A DNA stretch of 64,000 nt. It comes from Dicyema japonicum. Taxonomy: Eukaryota; Animalia; Dicyemida. The stretch's first letter is position 1. Each line of letters begins with the position of its first letter. Positions 1 to 12,830 of the stretch are shown piece after piece. Below the pieces are notes generated by a model. It did no database searches and was not told where the DNA came from. It saw only the letters and a program-made list of their open reading frames with translations. Position numbers and translations under genes: made by a program. The stretch spans positions 426,618 through 490,617 of the forward strand of contig RDEW01000018.1 in assembly GCA_011109175.1 (NCBI GenBank), in the 5' to 3' direction.

Positions 1-1499
1 TAAATCTCAACCAAGAGCATATCGAGGATTATGGTATTTCAGTTTTATTATTCAGAAAATTATGTAAATAAATTACTTATAGAACCACCAAACGAATACT
101 CGGAATCGTCTATTCATTCCCAGTCATGGGAGAACATCATGGATGAAGTCGAAAATACTAGTAAATATTATTTTCATGTTAAAGACGATTCTTCTACAGA
201 ATGTTCATGGAGTTCCACCAATGTAACCAAGTCAACCAAGTTTTTCTACTGTGCTAATCCGTAGTTTTTAGTGTCTACCTTCCTGTTAAACTGTTAAATG
301 TTACTATTTATGGTTATAAACTAATATAATGTTAATTATTGTAAGACCACCATTAAATTAAGAGGGGTAGACCATCAGCAGATTAAATCTTCGTACAAAT
401 TAACTCATTTATTTTTGTAAAAAATAACAGTTAACTGCTAGATGCTATCATAATTAAGAAAGGGTAGATCGGTTCTCCCATTTTGCCTCGGTGTTTTCCA
501 TATCCCATATATTGTTATATTCTCAAGATATATAGTCTAAACCAATGGGGGAGGGACCTCAGTGAAGAAGTCAAGCTCTCCAAGGCAGGACCTCATGTTT
601 AGCCTTACTTATGTGCGTTATAATTATTGCCTTATAATAAGAAGGTAACATGCTATGAACTGCGTGCCTATCCTCATGACTAGGGTCTCAAAGGGGGTAG
701 GGTCTTCACTAGGACGGAAAACTTGTTTAGATTTCCACTAACTAAAGGCTGGGAGTAATTGAATTCAACTCATGTCGCCACAGTCTCCTTGATGATTTCT
801 CTCAATAAAAATAATATTTCTTGACACTCATTCTCTAGAGTACTCATTACACAGTGAGCCATGAACTATTCGGTGTTTTTGAGTGAACCAACATTCAAGT
901 CATCCCTCCACCAAAGTTTGGTACTCAAATACTTCTTTGACTTAACGTAACGTCAAGGCGACATGAATATAATTGAAAGCATGCTATCAATAATTCATTG
1001 TCGAGTATGTATTGCCATGACAACCTGAATGAATTCCGATTAACCAGAGGGATTTCTTGTGAGGAAAGTCTCCGTGGGAAAAAAGAAAATGATCTTTTAG
1101 TTTCTATTAACGAATCGCATACAATGTTCGATACATGGAAGCGACCAACATCGAAAATCTAGATGACTCTGAGTCAACCTTTGAAAGAGATTCCAGGAGA
1201 ATCCTACCACAAATCCGCTCAGGAAATTCCGTCTCTGAAATTTGGTTCCCGCAACCTGGCCATCTATTATTATCAAATCTTTTCAGGACTAGAGTCATCA
1301 ATGACTCAAAGAAACTTGTGGAAGCGACCAAAACTCTCAGCTGGAAACTTGATGGGAGTAGATCTCCGACATGTTAACGAGGTCGAAGTAACTAACTAAT
1401 TGATTTCAACTACGCTTGATTTCGGGTATCGCATATTATAGAACTGTGCAGTCGAGATTATTATTATCGGAGCCGTAGAGAACACAAAAAACAAAAAGT

Positions 1500-1752
1500 C
1501 AATTAAGGGTGTGCCGCCTCAATCGCACTTTGTTTCAGTATCATCCAAGGTCCCCTCTTTTTCGCAAGTTCTCTTATTTCATCGAGATCGTCGGCCGTTT
1601 TTAGTTTTCTGCTGACGCCCTTTAATTCTTCATTTAACATAGGTAATGTTGTTCTGGGCCTTCCTTGGAATAATCGTCATTGAAATTATTTTCTGGTGCT
1701 CTCAAGTCCATCCTAAGTCGAGAATTGACTAAGTTTATTTGTTTTATTTTTG
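1500..1752 (-). mobile_element. RTE LINE, degenerate 3' fragment
   Basis: Minus-strand translation gives RMDLRAP...FQGRPRTTLP...KLKTADDLDEIRELA..RGPW, matching the C-terminus of the RTE ORFs at 5009-5800 and 20979-21821. Confidence 0.7.
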
Positions 1753-2280
1753 ACACATGGGGAAAGCCAATAAGTTTGGATCCGTATTAGGATACAGTGA
1801 GGAAATCGTTCGAAGAAAGACCTTTGCTACAACTGTCCTGAACAAAGTTAAATAGAACTGAATGGACAGGAGACGATCAAGTGTATCATTCTGACTAAGA
1901 TATACAACGCCTTTGTTATATTGTAAAATTCGATGCCCAAGGCTGAAGATCTCTGGATAGACTTTAATCTAAGCACTCAGGATATTGCTCAGACTAAATT
2001 AGGAAAAGAATCAACGAGAAAGTTCTATATGGTGTTTGTTCCATTGGTCCTTTGAGTCTCAAGATTACTAATTTGAGATGGAGTCTCTTTTACATATAGG
2101 AAATGGATACTCCCGCTAACATTTCGATGGAGGAATAGAATGGACCACGTTTTATAAATGCTCAGGAGTCACACTTTCCAGGATACTTGATGCTGATCTC
2201 AAGTATGTAAAAAAATTAAGGGAGGTTGCACACAAACGTGGAAGGTGGACATCTCCAGTGCAAACTAAGCAATCTCCTTA
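1753..2280 (+). mobile_element. RTE LINE, degenerate 3' fragment (second copy)
   Basis: Broken-frame motifs NKFGSVLGYSEEIVRRKTFA, IYNAFV, PLSLKITNLRWSLF, DTPANISMEE and LREVAHKRGRW are collinear with the other RTE copies. Confidence 0.65.
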
Positions 2281-3101
2281 TCTTTGTTCAGTGTTCCTCG
2301 AGGATACCACACACTTCTCGTAGGCTCGAGAAGAGTTCAATTCTCACTATGGTATATTAGGTGGTAGAGTTTATCAAAGAAAACGAAAATTTCTTTATTG
2401 ATCGAATTAATGTATGTAATATTAGAATAAATGCACTTATTGAATGATTATATATTTATTGAATAACCCCGGATATACTGGAAAAAGGTTGAGTCAATCT
2501 CCAAGTCTTATTTTCCCGCCCTTGTTGTTCTAGAGTGGAACATGTGATTCGCACGCCAATAGAGAGGCATGAAATAATGTCAATTACTTTCTTCACTCCA
2601 CTAGAGGGATCCTAAACCTGCAAAAACTTGATGTTCTCTTTTCTTTCCAGTGGTTATGGATGGATTTAAGTGCCATTGGACGGATCCTCTGCTTATGCGA
2701 CCGTGGTAACTGGATACACTTACTGTTAACTCTACCAGTGTAGCCTGGGTTAACAAATGATAACTAATTAAGGTGAATCCGTTTCCGCGGTCAGATTGAA
2801 ACACATCCTGTTTAAGCATCGCGTCCATTCATATTCCAGAAAAGATAGATTTTTTTGGATGCCGGCCAGTCATTGATCGTCCCCTGAAAATTGACTTTCT
2901 TAGGATTTGAAAAGGGACAAGGGAATCCTTAGACCAGGAGGGTAACTGTGTGGAATCGAACCCACGACTCTAGCACAGCACTAACAACTGTACTTCATCC
3001 GTTTACTAATTCACATATCAAAGATCTCCCACATGAAAAAATCACTAAAACTAAGACAAATAAAGAAGTCAAAGAAAACTCAAATATGAAAATCTACAAA
3101 A

Positions 3102-3666
3102 CTAATGATAGCTCATTTGATGTTCCACCAGATCATCATTTGTCTTACATAAGTCTCCGCATTCCTCACATCTAACAAAGTCATCACATGGGTAGTCCTT
3201 ATCAATTTCCTCACACTTTACGACTCCCATAGCTGGATGAGTACGTCTCATCTGTTTGGAATCTATCACAAACTGAACAAAATCATCCTCCACAAACTGA
3301 GACTCCCACAAGCAGGTCTCTATGTTTTGAAAGAGTCCCTCCAGTTGGTCCTCGGACATTAATTTATTCACTTTGTCAAAACATTAAACTACATTTTTGG
3401 GGTTGATTGGGCAGACCGGTCGCACATGGACGTTTCATGGAGTGGATGTCCGCATATTTAGGTTCCATTGAATACACAGAGTCGATTGTTGGTAGAGATT
3501 CCTTGACTTCGAGAGATGACTGCATTTTGATTGGACTTTTGTCTTGCGTAGTCATTTGAGGGCTGTTTTGTGGGTTTGTAGTATGAGTTGCTTCTGAAGG
3601 GGCTTGTGGCATTGTAGTCTGTAGATAAGGACTTGTTTTCTTAGGTGGACTCTGTTTTTCTAGCAC
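3102..3666 (-). CDS. Uncharacterised S/T/P/Q-rich protein with a C-terminal C2H2 zinc finger; one homopolymer frameshift; host gene or TE ORF
   Basis: ORFs 3376-3666 and 3102-3371 join if one T is removed from a TTTT run (ATG TTT GAC AAA). The product ends in CEECGDLCKTNDDLVEHQMSYH (C-x2-C-x12-H-x4-H). Confidence 0.4.
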
Positions 3667-3936
3667 TGGGGAAGAAAAAATGTTAGAGGTGTTTCTGTAG
3701 TCTATATCTTTGTAAGTAGCGTGGCTATTTGGGTTTTGTGACCTTAAATATTATTTTTATTCAGACTTTTGAGGGTTTTGCCCGAAAATTTGATTGAGTA
3801 ATTTTTGAGCTTCAGTCGTTTTAGACATTTGAACTACCACGAGAAACGATTGTTAATTACAATTTAAATTATTATGATTTTATGATTCTTTTTTTTATAA
3901 ATTAATACATAAAATTTATTTAATATACTTTCTAAC

Positions 3937-4281
3937 GTTACTTGCATCGACACGTTTGCCTCTTGCAACGTACTCCAGAGTGCCTCTGGAGCCTGTCTGC
4001 CGCTGAGAAGGCCGAGAAGATGAAACCGGAAAAGTACGCGGTCTTACCCAAGGAGTTTTTGTTTGTTCCACTCGCCGTTGAGATATCTGGTTTTTTTGCG
4101 CCTGCGACGCTGGTTTTCTTGAGTCGTCTAGGTAATCGGATCGGTACACGAGCAGGAGACCCTCGTGAGCGCTGCTGGTTATTTGAGCGAATCTCGCTCG
4201 TCATCCTGAGGGGGAATAGCCACGCAGTCAGGGCAGCCGCTATATAAACCGTTTACTTTTTTTCTTCAATAAAATTTATTT
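3937..4281 (+). mobile_element. CRE-type (RLE) non-LTR retrotransposon, 5'-truncated 3' end with TSD
   Basis: KY..L...FLFVPLAVEISG...RERCWLFERISLVILRGNSHAV is the RLE C-terminal motif. A direct repeat ACTTTCTAAC lies at 3927-3936 and 4282-4291. Confidence 0.8.
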
Positions 4282-4399
4282 AACTTTCTAACACATCATA
4301 AATAAACTTTTGGCTATTTGTCATCGTCCACGAGGAACCATGACCGCGGTTTCTTGTGTTTGTGCAAAGAACAGGAAACCCATTGTGCAAACAACAGAC

Positions 4400-4790
4400 G
4401 ATGTGATTGCTCGCATGGCTTCAGAACAGGCCGTTCTACAAAGACTCATTTGGGATCTGTCCCCCATTCACTACAGATGGCTTCAAAATGAAAATGCACT
4501 TACAGACGGCTTTGAAATCTATCGATATACGGAAGGTCTTCAACTCTGTTTCGAGGACATTCATAACGAAAAATATCTGTAGTTCGAATTTACATCCGAA
4601 CTTCATGCTATGGCTGAACATTTTCTTAACTGGCCACGTGGAAGAGTCCGGATCGGTAAAACTACTTCAAAATTAAGATTACTCCCTAATTGGGTTTTAC
4701 AAGGCTCCCCTTTACCTCTTTTCTTTTTAAGCTATTTCCACACGACTTACCTACTAACAAAGATATAATTGGTGACCCACTAATACTCCC
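4400..4790 (+). mobile_element. I/Jockey-group LINE RT fragment
   Basis: TALKSIDIRKVFNSVSR...FMLWLNIFLTG is followed by a GVLQGSPL-like motif (RT DxxKAFD and PQGS regions), degenerate. Confidence 0.55.
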
Positions 4791-4999
4791 GAAGTTATCA
4801 CCTCCTTCTACTAGAGGACGTTATGAGATTTAGCTTTTTCATGTGGTGCCCAGTGCATGGGTATCATGAAAATGATGATTTGCTACCCCCAATCCACTGG
4901 ATAGGTTCCAGCAATTGGAAGCACTGTACGCTTTCTTTTTTCTGGATGAAGATGTGTGTGATGTGAGAGGTCTCAGTGCTTCTGTGAAGGTGGGAACTA

Positions 5000-7900
5000 G
5001 TTAGTTACTTAGTTAAGAGCTCTTTCGCGTGGCCCTAAAAGGGGTTCGCTTGAGCCATGTTTTGCAGCCATCCTCCTCGCCATCCTCGCCCACGCCATCT
5101 TGTTCCTGGCCCTCATTCGAACATCATCCAGATCGTCCGCTGTCACCAATTTACGACTATTTTGTTCGTAGTCATCTTTTAAGCAGGTTGGAAGTGTGTT
5201 TCTTGGTCTGCCTCGAAATCCGCGACTTCCGGCGTAGTAGAAATATTCTTCCATTATTCTGTTACATGGCGTAGTCGGGTCCAGTCTGAGGATATGTCCA
5301 AATAGTCGCCATCTCGATAAAATAACATCGGTGCTGAGTGGTCTGGATTTACATCGTGAATATAGATTTTCATTTGAGATTTTTCTCGGCCAAAAAATTC
5401 CAATCAACATGCGGAGTTGGTTCCTGTGAAAAGTATCTAGCTTCTCTAAATCAATTTTAGAACATGCCCATGTTCCGGAATTGTATAGCAAAATTGGTTT
5501 AACAAACGTGTCGTATAGTCTGACACGAAGTTTCAGTGATACATGTTTTTTCCTTATCCAAATTTGGTACATTTTTTTGAAGTATATGGTAGCCAGCATT
5601 TTCCTTCGACAAATATCCTCAGCATCACCTAGCAGTGAGCCGAGTTTTTTGGTATGTCTCCAGCACTCATCGTTCCTTGATTCTGCTCGTTCGACTCGTG
5701 TATAATCAGTTTTTTTAATGTTTATGCGTAAATCCCAATTCTTAAAAATACGTTCGGCTTGAAGTAAAATTTGGTCAAGTATTTCTTGGTCGGTAGACAC
5801 AAAGTCTACATCATCCGCATAAATTAACTCTGTTATGTCCGGTATTTAGGACCCATGACATTTCTCAATTCCTTGAGCGCAGCTTCGAGGTAAACAATAA
5901 ATATAATTGGGGACAAGGAATCTCCTTGTGGAGTGCCCATGTTGGTACTGAAACTCTTCGAATGCTTTGTTCCTATTCTCACGGATAGGTCAGTTTCGGA
6001 AAGTAATAAACTTATTAGTCTCAGGCAGTCCTCGTCAAGCAGTTCCTTTAGAACAATCATGAGTTTTTCTCTATTGATGCTGTCAAAAGCCTTCGTTAGA
6101 TCAATTCCTAGGATGTAGATTACTTTCGTGTATTTTTGACATATTGATGTGAGCCATCGATGACTCCACACAATATCTGAGGTTGATCTTCCACTTCTAA
6201 ACCACTTTGACTTAGGGAAAGGTATTTTTCCACTGGCTCTCGTATACGGTTAAGCACTATGATCGATAAGGTTTTCCTGATAACTGACAATAGAATAATA
6301 GGTCTTAGTCCGTCCAACGACCCTTCTTTTTTCCCAGGTTTATGTATTGGAATTAAGACTCCATGTCCCAAAGGAAGTGGACAGTGAAGTTCCATCGACT
6401 CATTTAAGATATTCGTGATTATATTCCCAACAGTAACCGGGGCATGTTTTAGTAACTCACCCGGAATGCCATCATAACCAGCCGACCGATTTCCCTTTAG
6501 ATGCATAAATGCATCGGTTACTTCCTTTATTGTAATTTTGTTTGTAAGGGGTCTCGGATATCCAATAAATTTAGGTACATTCATCCCTTCAGATTTAAAC
6601 AACGACTCGAAGTGTCTAGCAATATAATTTGCTTTATCCTCAGGGTTTTGAAGATATTGACCTTCGTCGTCACAGACTTTCAGTGGTTTCTTTGCAGTTC
6701 CTCGTGTAAGTAGTCTAACAGCAGAGAACATTCGTCTTCCATACTGACAGTTTTCGATTTCAGTTGCTTTATCGTCCAAATATTTGTGCCAAAGGATATT
6801 TGATCGTCTTCTTATCAGATGCGATATTTGATTGCGTTTTCTCCTTAATGCACATTTATTCGAATTTGAACTTCCCAGTTTCGAACGTATTTCTTTCTGC
6901 TGCTCAGACAATTCTCGAATTAAGGGGTCATGAATCATTCGTCTATTTTGGTCTTTTTCCTGGTATCCAACAGTCTCTATCGCCGACAGTTTTAGAATAT
7001 CCAAGATCTTCCCGAGGTCAGTCGAGGGGGTGCCACTGGGTTCAACTCCACGTAAACGTTTAGAGACATTTTGTTGGTATCTCTTTTGCCAAGTGTCAAA
7101 AGTCAACATTTCCACAGCCAAACGTCTATCTAGAGGTGTGCTTTTCCTCTTGACTGCCTCAATTCCGTAGTATCGTTTGAGATTTAATCTGGCCACCGTT
7201 AGCTTATGGTCACTGTCAGTAGTGGTTCCTCCATAACTCCTAGAGTCAGACAGAAGTCTCTTCAAGGAGATAGGGCAGATAATGTAGTCTATTTGGTTGA
7301 ATATGCACGTATGTTCGTCTTTGGACCTTCTTATGCCAACCCAGGTAGTTCTATGTTTTATGGGTGTTTAAAAGTGGTATTGCATAGATACAGATTTGAT
7401 GAATTACAAAAATCCATGAGTGAGTGTCCGAGAGATTACGATACCCTCTGCCATATTTTCCCATACAGACTTCGTCGTGCCTTCTCATGCCAGCCTTGGC
7501 ATTCCAGTCACCACAGATAAAGATAAGTGCAGATCGATGAACTCGCATATATGTATTCGATAGGATTTGATAAAACTCTTCTAACTCATCCATATTTTTG
7601 GAAACTCTGCCATGTGTGGGGCATATACATTGATAACAGTCATCATAGTATTGTTTGTAGATGATAAACACAATTTCATAACGGCAACACGATCACTGAC
7701 TGTCCATACATTATGCAAGCAGTTCACTAGGTTCGAGTTAATTGCCTAACCAAGACCGTAATGCCGATTTTCTGATGGGAGTAGAAGAATCAGGTAGTTA
7801 CCAATGGTTTCATCGGATTCTAGGGCGTTCTTTGTTTCCTGTATGCAGCAAATGTCGATTTTGTAACGGGACAGATTTTCGGATAATAGTTCCCTCTTGA

Positions 7901-8026
7901 TCAGAGATGAGAGGCCACGAACGTTGTATGTAGCGATGAAAAACAAGGATTTTGCATTTAGACATGATAAAGACATGAATTTTTTAGAGAAGAAAAACAG
8001 AAGCACGTCACCACTTCAACCAAAAT
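5000..8026 (-). mobile_element. Full-length RTE LINE (APE endonuclease + RT), disrupted
   Basis: APE motifs ATYNVRGL, QETK, GDWNAK and SDH, plus RT motifs DLTKAFD, PQGDSLSP and ADD. Perfect 12-bp TSD AGGTGGGAACTA at 4988-4999 and 8027-8038, a (TAAC)-type 3' tail and a 5' UTR of about 50 nt. An in-frame TAG at 7746 and several frameshifts disrupt it. Confidence 0.93.
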
Positions 8027-8549
8027 AGGTGGGAACTAATTTCATTTAATTCCTTGCTAACTATTTGCTGTTTCTGTATCAAGAGATACAAATGTCTCTA
8101 GAGACGGTCAATTCCTGGTCAGTAACCAAAAATCTATATTTTCCCTACTGCACATTTGGGGTTCCCAAAATGGAAGTGATCCTTGTAGAAGATGAGTTTC
8201 ACTGAGTCGTAGGAACTAGATATACCGTGATTTCTTTAACCTCTTTCCGGTTTATCCGTGTTATTAACTAAAATATATTCAATCGACTTGTGGAGGATGT
8301 GTCTCGTTGATGGTTGTCTGACACGCTTTACCAACCCTTAAACTACTAACTACACATCAGATTACCCTTCATGTTAAGAAAATCTCCCAAAGCCTTTATG
8401 TCGCTATATGGACGGCCAGAGTCAATAGTCTTGACTTTAGTTAATCACAACATTTAGGAATGCGTTGAAGACTACTCAGAAAGGTGGTGGTCACCAAAGG
8501 ATGGAGGGATGAATCTGATAAAAGAATTTTTTATTTTCTCCATCTAGCC

Positions 8550-11132
8550 CAGGGGTTCTCAACCTGGGGTCGATTCGACCCCCAGGGGTCTAAAATCAAT
8601 CCAGATCGATCGTAAGGGGGTCGAAAATGAAATATTTGGGGGTCGAAAATATATTTAATCTTTTTCANGTTTACTCGCCTGGCTTCGATCATCATACGGA
8701 TATACAAGACTACATGAACAGAATCGGACGATCGGTTTGTCGCTATACCCTTTCTGTTTTCTAGACGACCAGATGACTGGACACCTCTCTTTTTTTGGTT
8801 GCCTTCGTGTTCTGCGCCACACCAGATGCACCAGATGCATCTCTGTGAGCTTTTGGTGGTTACTTTCCTGTTAGCCATCTGTTTCCTTCTCTTGAAGAGA
8901 CCGGAAATAATAATTGAAGGCACCAGGGGTCCATATACACAACTTAAAGAGTTATAATCTTTTTCAATTTAAATTAAGTAGTTTATTTTTAAAGTGGTAA
9001 ACCTTTGTTCTTTAAAATTTTTAAAATTACCATGCTTGTTTTTGTTCGTGTATGAGTCGTTTTTCTACATTAAAAATTCGTCAATATAAAAATGAATATT
9101 TGTCATTTGGATTTATAAAAAAATTATTTTGATAATAGACCATATTATTTACTGTGTAATAAGTCATTATCAAATGATGCAATTAAACTGTCCAAATTGT
9201 GGATCATCTTAGGAGAAAACATTCTGATAAAAAGATAAACCATTATTTTGAAGAATTAAAGGATTCTTTTCGTAAACAAAAAACGATTGACACTGTTTTT
9301 ACAAATAGTAGTGAAAGAAACAATAGTCGTATTTATTTTAAATTATATTTAGGAGGACTAATTGCATCCTATAAAATTGCAATGATTATTGCCAAAAATG
9401 AGAGTTCCCATGTTTCTGGTGAAAATCTCATCAAACCATCTATCAGTGATTCTATCAGATCTTATGGGTTTAAATCTCGATGAAATTTTAAATTCCGTAC
9501 CAATTAGCAATGATTCAATTCGCCGCATGATTGACGAAATGGCAGATAATGTTGAACATATTTTATGTGAAAGGCTAAAAATACTATTTTTTCGCTTCAA
9601 ATTGACGAAAGTCATATATGTCTAATGGGATATGTCAACCAATCAATTCTAATGGGATATGTCAGTTAATCTTATTAGAAGCTTACCCTTTAAGATATTT
9701 CGACGATCATGCTCTTCTTACTGATACGACTGAATTTTCTATTTTTCCGTAGTCAAATTATTTTTGGATGACATGAAGATTCCATATGAAAATTTGGTTT
9801 CTTGTGCCACAGATGGTGCAATGTCTATGGTTGGAAAATATAAAGGATTTGCGGCATATTTGAAAAAAATATGTCCAAATGTGATTCATGTACATTGCGT
9901 TCTACATAGATAACATTTGGTTTCAAAAGCTCTTACGCCAATTCTAAATGAAACGTTAAATATAGTTATTAAAACCATAAACAAAATTAAAGCAAACAGC
10001 AAGTATGACCGTTTTTTTTTAAATTTTGCTAAGAAACATATGTCCGTCTTGTGTTCACACAGGTTATAATTTCCAATTTTATTTTACAGATACGATGGTT
10101 ATCAAAGGGAAATGCATTAGAACGATTTTCAATATTATTTGACATAATCGTAAATTTTCTTACTTCTGAGGGTGAGAAAATTTAGCAGATTTAATTGTAT
10201 CGAAAAAGAAAGAAATTGTTTATTTGACTTGGATTTTTGGAAAATTTAATAAAGTTTATTAGAACTTCAGAGAAAGTATGTGACGTTAATAGATTGTAAA
10301 AGAATTATTCAAATATTTATCGAAAAAATTAAGTTACATAAATATATTTGGAAAAAAGAAATTATTATAACATTCCTAAATTCTACTCAATTGGTCAAAC
10401 ATTTGATGATGAAGATATTAAAAATTTTTTGCAACATTTATTAAGTATAAAAAGATTTGATTCTTCGATTCCAAGATATTCTTGAATTAGAAATTTCATC
10501 TTGGATGATTAATCCGTTTTTGTCAAAGCCAGAAGAACATAAAGAAGTTATTAAAGAGGAATTAGTTATGTTAAAATTCAATCCAGAATTAAAACTATAT
10601 TATAATGATTCACAATCACCTGTTATTTTTTGGCAAAATATGAAAGTGAAAGAGAGTTATCCAAAATTGTGGACAGAAATAGCACAATTGCTACTCTATT
10701 TTCCGACATTATACTGTGTTGAATGCGGATTTAGCATTCTACATCGAATTGTAAATAAAGAACGAAACAGATTGGAAGTGTCCATTAGAGGAGATCTTCG
10801 TTTTAAAATCACACAAATAGAGCCAGATATCGAATCTTTGGTCAGAAAACATCAGTCATAGGGATCCCATTGGTATTTAATTTTTTATTATAGATTTATA
10901 CTAAGATACCAGCTTAACATCGAGTATATACTTTTTTTGTTTTATTTGATTATTAACAATGAATTCATTTTAGATAGTTAACTAATTTTACTTAGAATTA
11001 TCTGTTCAATTAATTAATTTTACTTAAAATTATCTGTTCAAAATAAAAAAGTTTCAAGGGGTCGAGTAAATATTAGGGGGGTCGAAAAAAAAGTCAAGGG
11101 GTCGACGAGTAAAAAAAGGTTGAGAACCCCTG
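8550..11132 (+). mobile_element. Complete Buster-family hAT DNA transposon with a fragmented transposase
   Basis: 16-bp TIR CAGGGGTTCTCAACCT at both ends and a perfect 8-bp TSD ATCTAGCC (8542-8549, 11133-11140; nnnTAnnn). Transposase motifs YLSFGF, DHLRRKH, TDGA, HCVLHR, RWLSKG and ECGFS...RNRL lie across about 9080-10861. GGGGTCGA subterminal repeats are present. Confidence 0.93.
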
Positions 11133-12362
11133 ATCTAGCCGATCCGTATGTCTGGACGGTTTATCTCATCTCGAGATGTGAGGTGTTGTACGGTCAACCA
11201 AATTCTCATGCTCTGAATGCTTGATCCAAACCGTTAAAGAGTTTAAAAAATGCATTAAAATCATTAAAAGTTAAAAAATGCATTAAAATCAATAAAGTAC
11301 TAAAGTTTTATTGCTGCGTCTGGGAAGCCATGTAACAACGTCTAACAGTCATGGTTTCTTTTAGTAACCCTGGATATGCCCAAAATAGGTTTTTTCCAGT
11401 TCCTCCGCTTGGATTCCCTTTTCCAGGATCACGTCATTTCTATATTTCCGCCGTAATGGGAACCTTTCGACCAGATTATAGACTAATTCTTTTGGACGCC
11501 AGTCTGGGATTGGGGATTTTTGATAGGGAAAGTGAGATTAATGGTCGAGAAACCCTATAAAAGTTAGTTGGATCCAATTAGAAGGTAAGAAAAAATCCTC
11601 AAGACATTTTTTTGAATGGAAAGACTCAGTGAGAATAGCCGTCTTACTACGTCTTGGCCTTAAAGTGTGTGGTGAACGAAACTGTTGCTATAAACGTTGA
11701 ATCGATCCCTATGGTCATGCATAGAACGATGCTGGCAATTGCAGAGGGTGTCTCTCGAAATCCTAAAGAGAATAGGCACTCACTTATGGCCTACTAACTT
11801 TAATTATGTAGATTTCGTTTTGATCACTAATCGCTTTTATTTTTAATTTTTAAAAAGCATAAAATATAAATATAAATAAAACCAATTAAAAAAATAAAAT
11901 TGAAATATAAATAAAACTTATTGCCTAGGAGATATAATGGAGTCTTGTGGAGTTGATAAAATACAGGTATTACTGACAATCACAAATAGGCTATCATCGA
12001 CTCCTTCATTGTGAGATCTAAATTTAAGAGACTGAGAAAAGAATACGAGGAGATATTCTTTTGAAATTGAACAACAGGACATAATAAAATGGGGATCAAA
12101 CTGTTTGTCCTTTCCAAAGATAACTCCACGTGATACAATCAAAACTGAAATTAGTGAACTGAACAACTTACTCCAACCAAATAGCAATATTACTCCCAAT
12201 CAAGAGATCCTGAGAGAGTCCGACCAAAGTAACATCTTAACTCAACAAGAACGTGTCCTTAATGATGATTTGGATAAAGTTAATATTACCGAATGTACTA
12301 CATTCAACAGATCAGCTCAACCATGTTGCATTATTAGATATAATCGGAAGCAGGATGACAAC

Positions 12363-12830
12363 CTGAGGGTTTCTTGTACTTCCTCAGAGACAGACGCTAA
12401 TAAAAGTGGAAGTACTAACCTAGCTTTACCAATTAACCAATCAGAGGGGGAGCATAAAGACGAAAGGATTGAGAATACAAGTAACTCAAAGCTGAGGATT
12501 ACTTGTACTCTCTCAGATACAGACGCTAATATAAGTGGAAGTAATAACCTAGCTTTACAAATTAACCAATCAAGGGACCTAAGATGAGAGGGTGGAGAAT
12601 ACAAGTAATACGAACTTGGGGAGTATTCCCACTAACTCAGACAAAGACATTAACAAAAGTGGAAGTACGGATACACATGGAAGTACTACCCAGATTGGAG
12701 AGGGGAGAATACAAGTAATACGAACCTGGGGAGTATTTCTACTAACTTAGACAAAGACACTAACAAATGTGGAAGTACGGATACACATGGAAGTACTAAC
12801 CCAGATGGGGGAGAGGAGAATAAAAGTAAT
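12363..12830 (+). repeat. Degenerate coding-like tandem repeat (units of about 129 and 110-111 bp) inside a decayed N/S/T-rich ORF
   Basis: CTGAGG unit starts at 12363 and 12492. The GAGAATA(C/A)AAGTAA anchor recurs at 12471, 12595, 12705 and 12816. It translates as repeated DANKSGS / ENTSN peptides. Confidence 0.8.

Noticed and set aside
1500-2280. Twin-priming 5' inversion in an RTE (adjacent inverted fragments)
   Set aside because: The plus-strand piece runs through its own 3' region and overlaps in content with the minus-strand piece, so these are two separate diverged copies.
2600-2930. R2/NeSL-like RT thumb fragment on the - strand
   Set aside because: Similarity is limited to a GLG-like tripeptide and broken frames.
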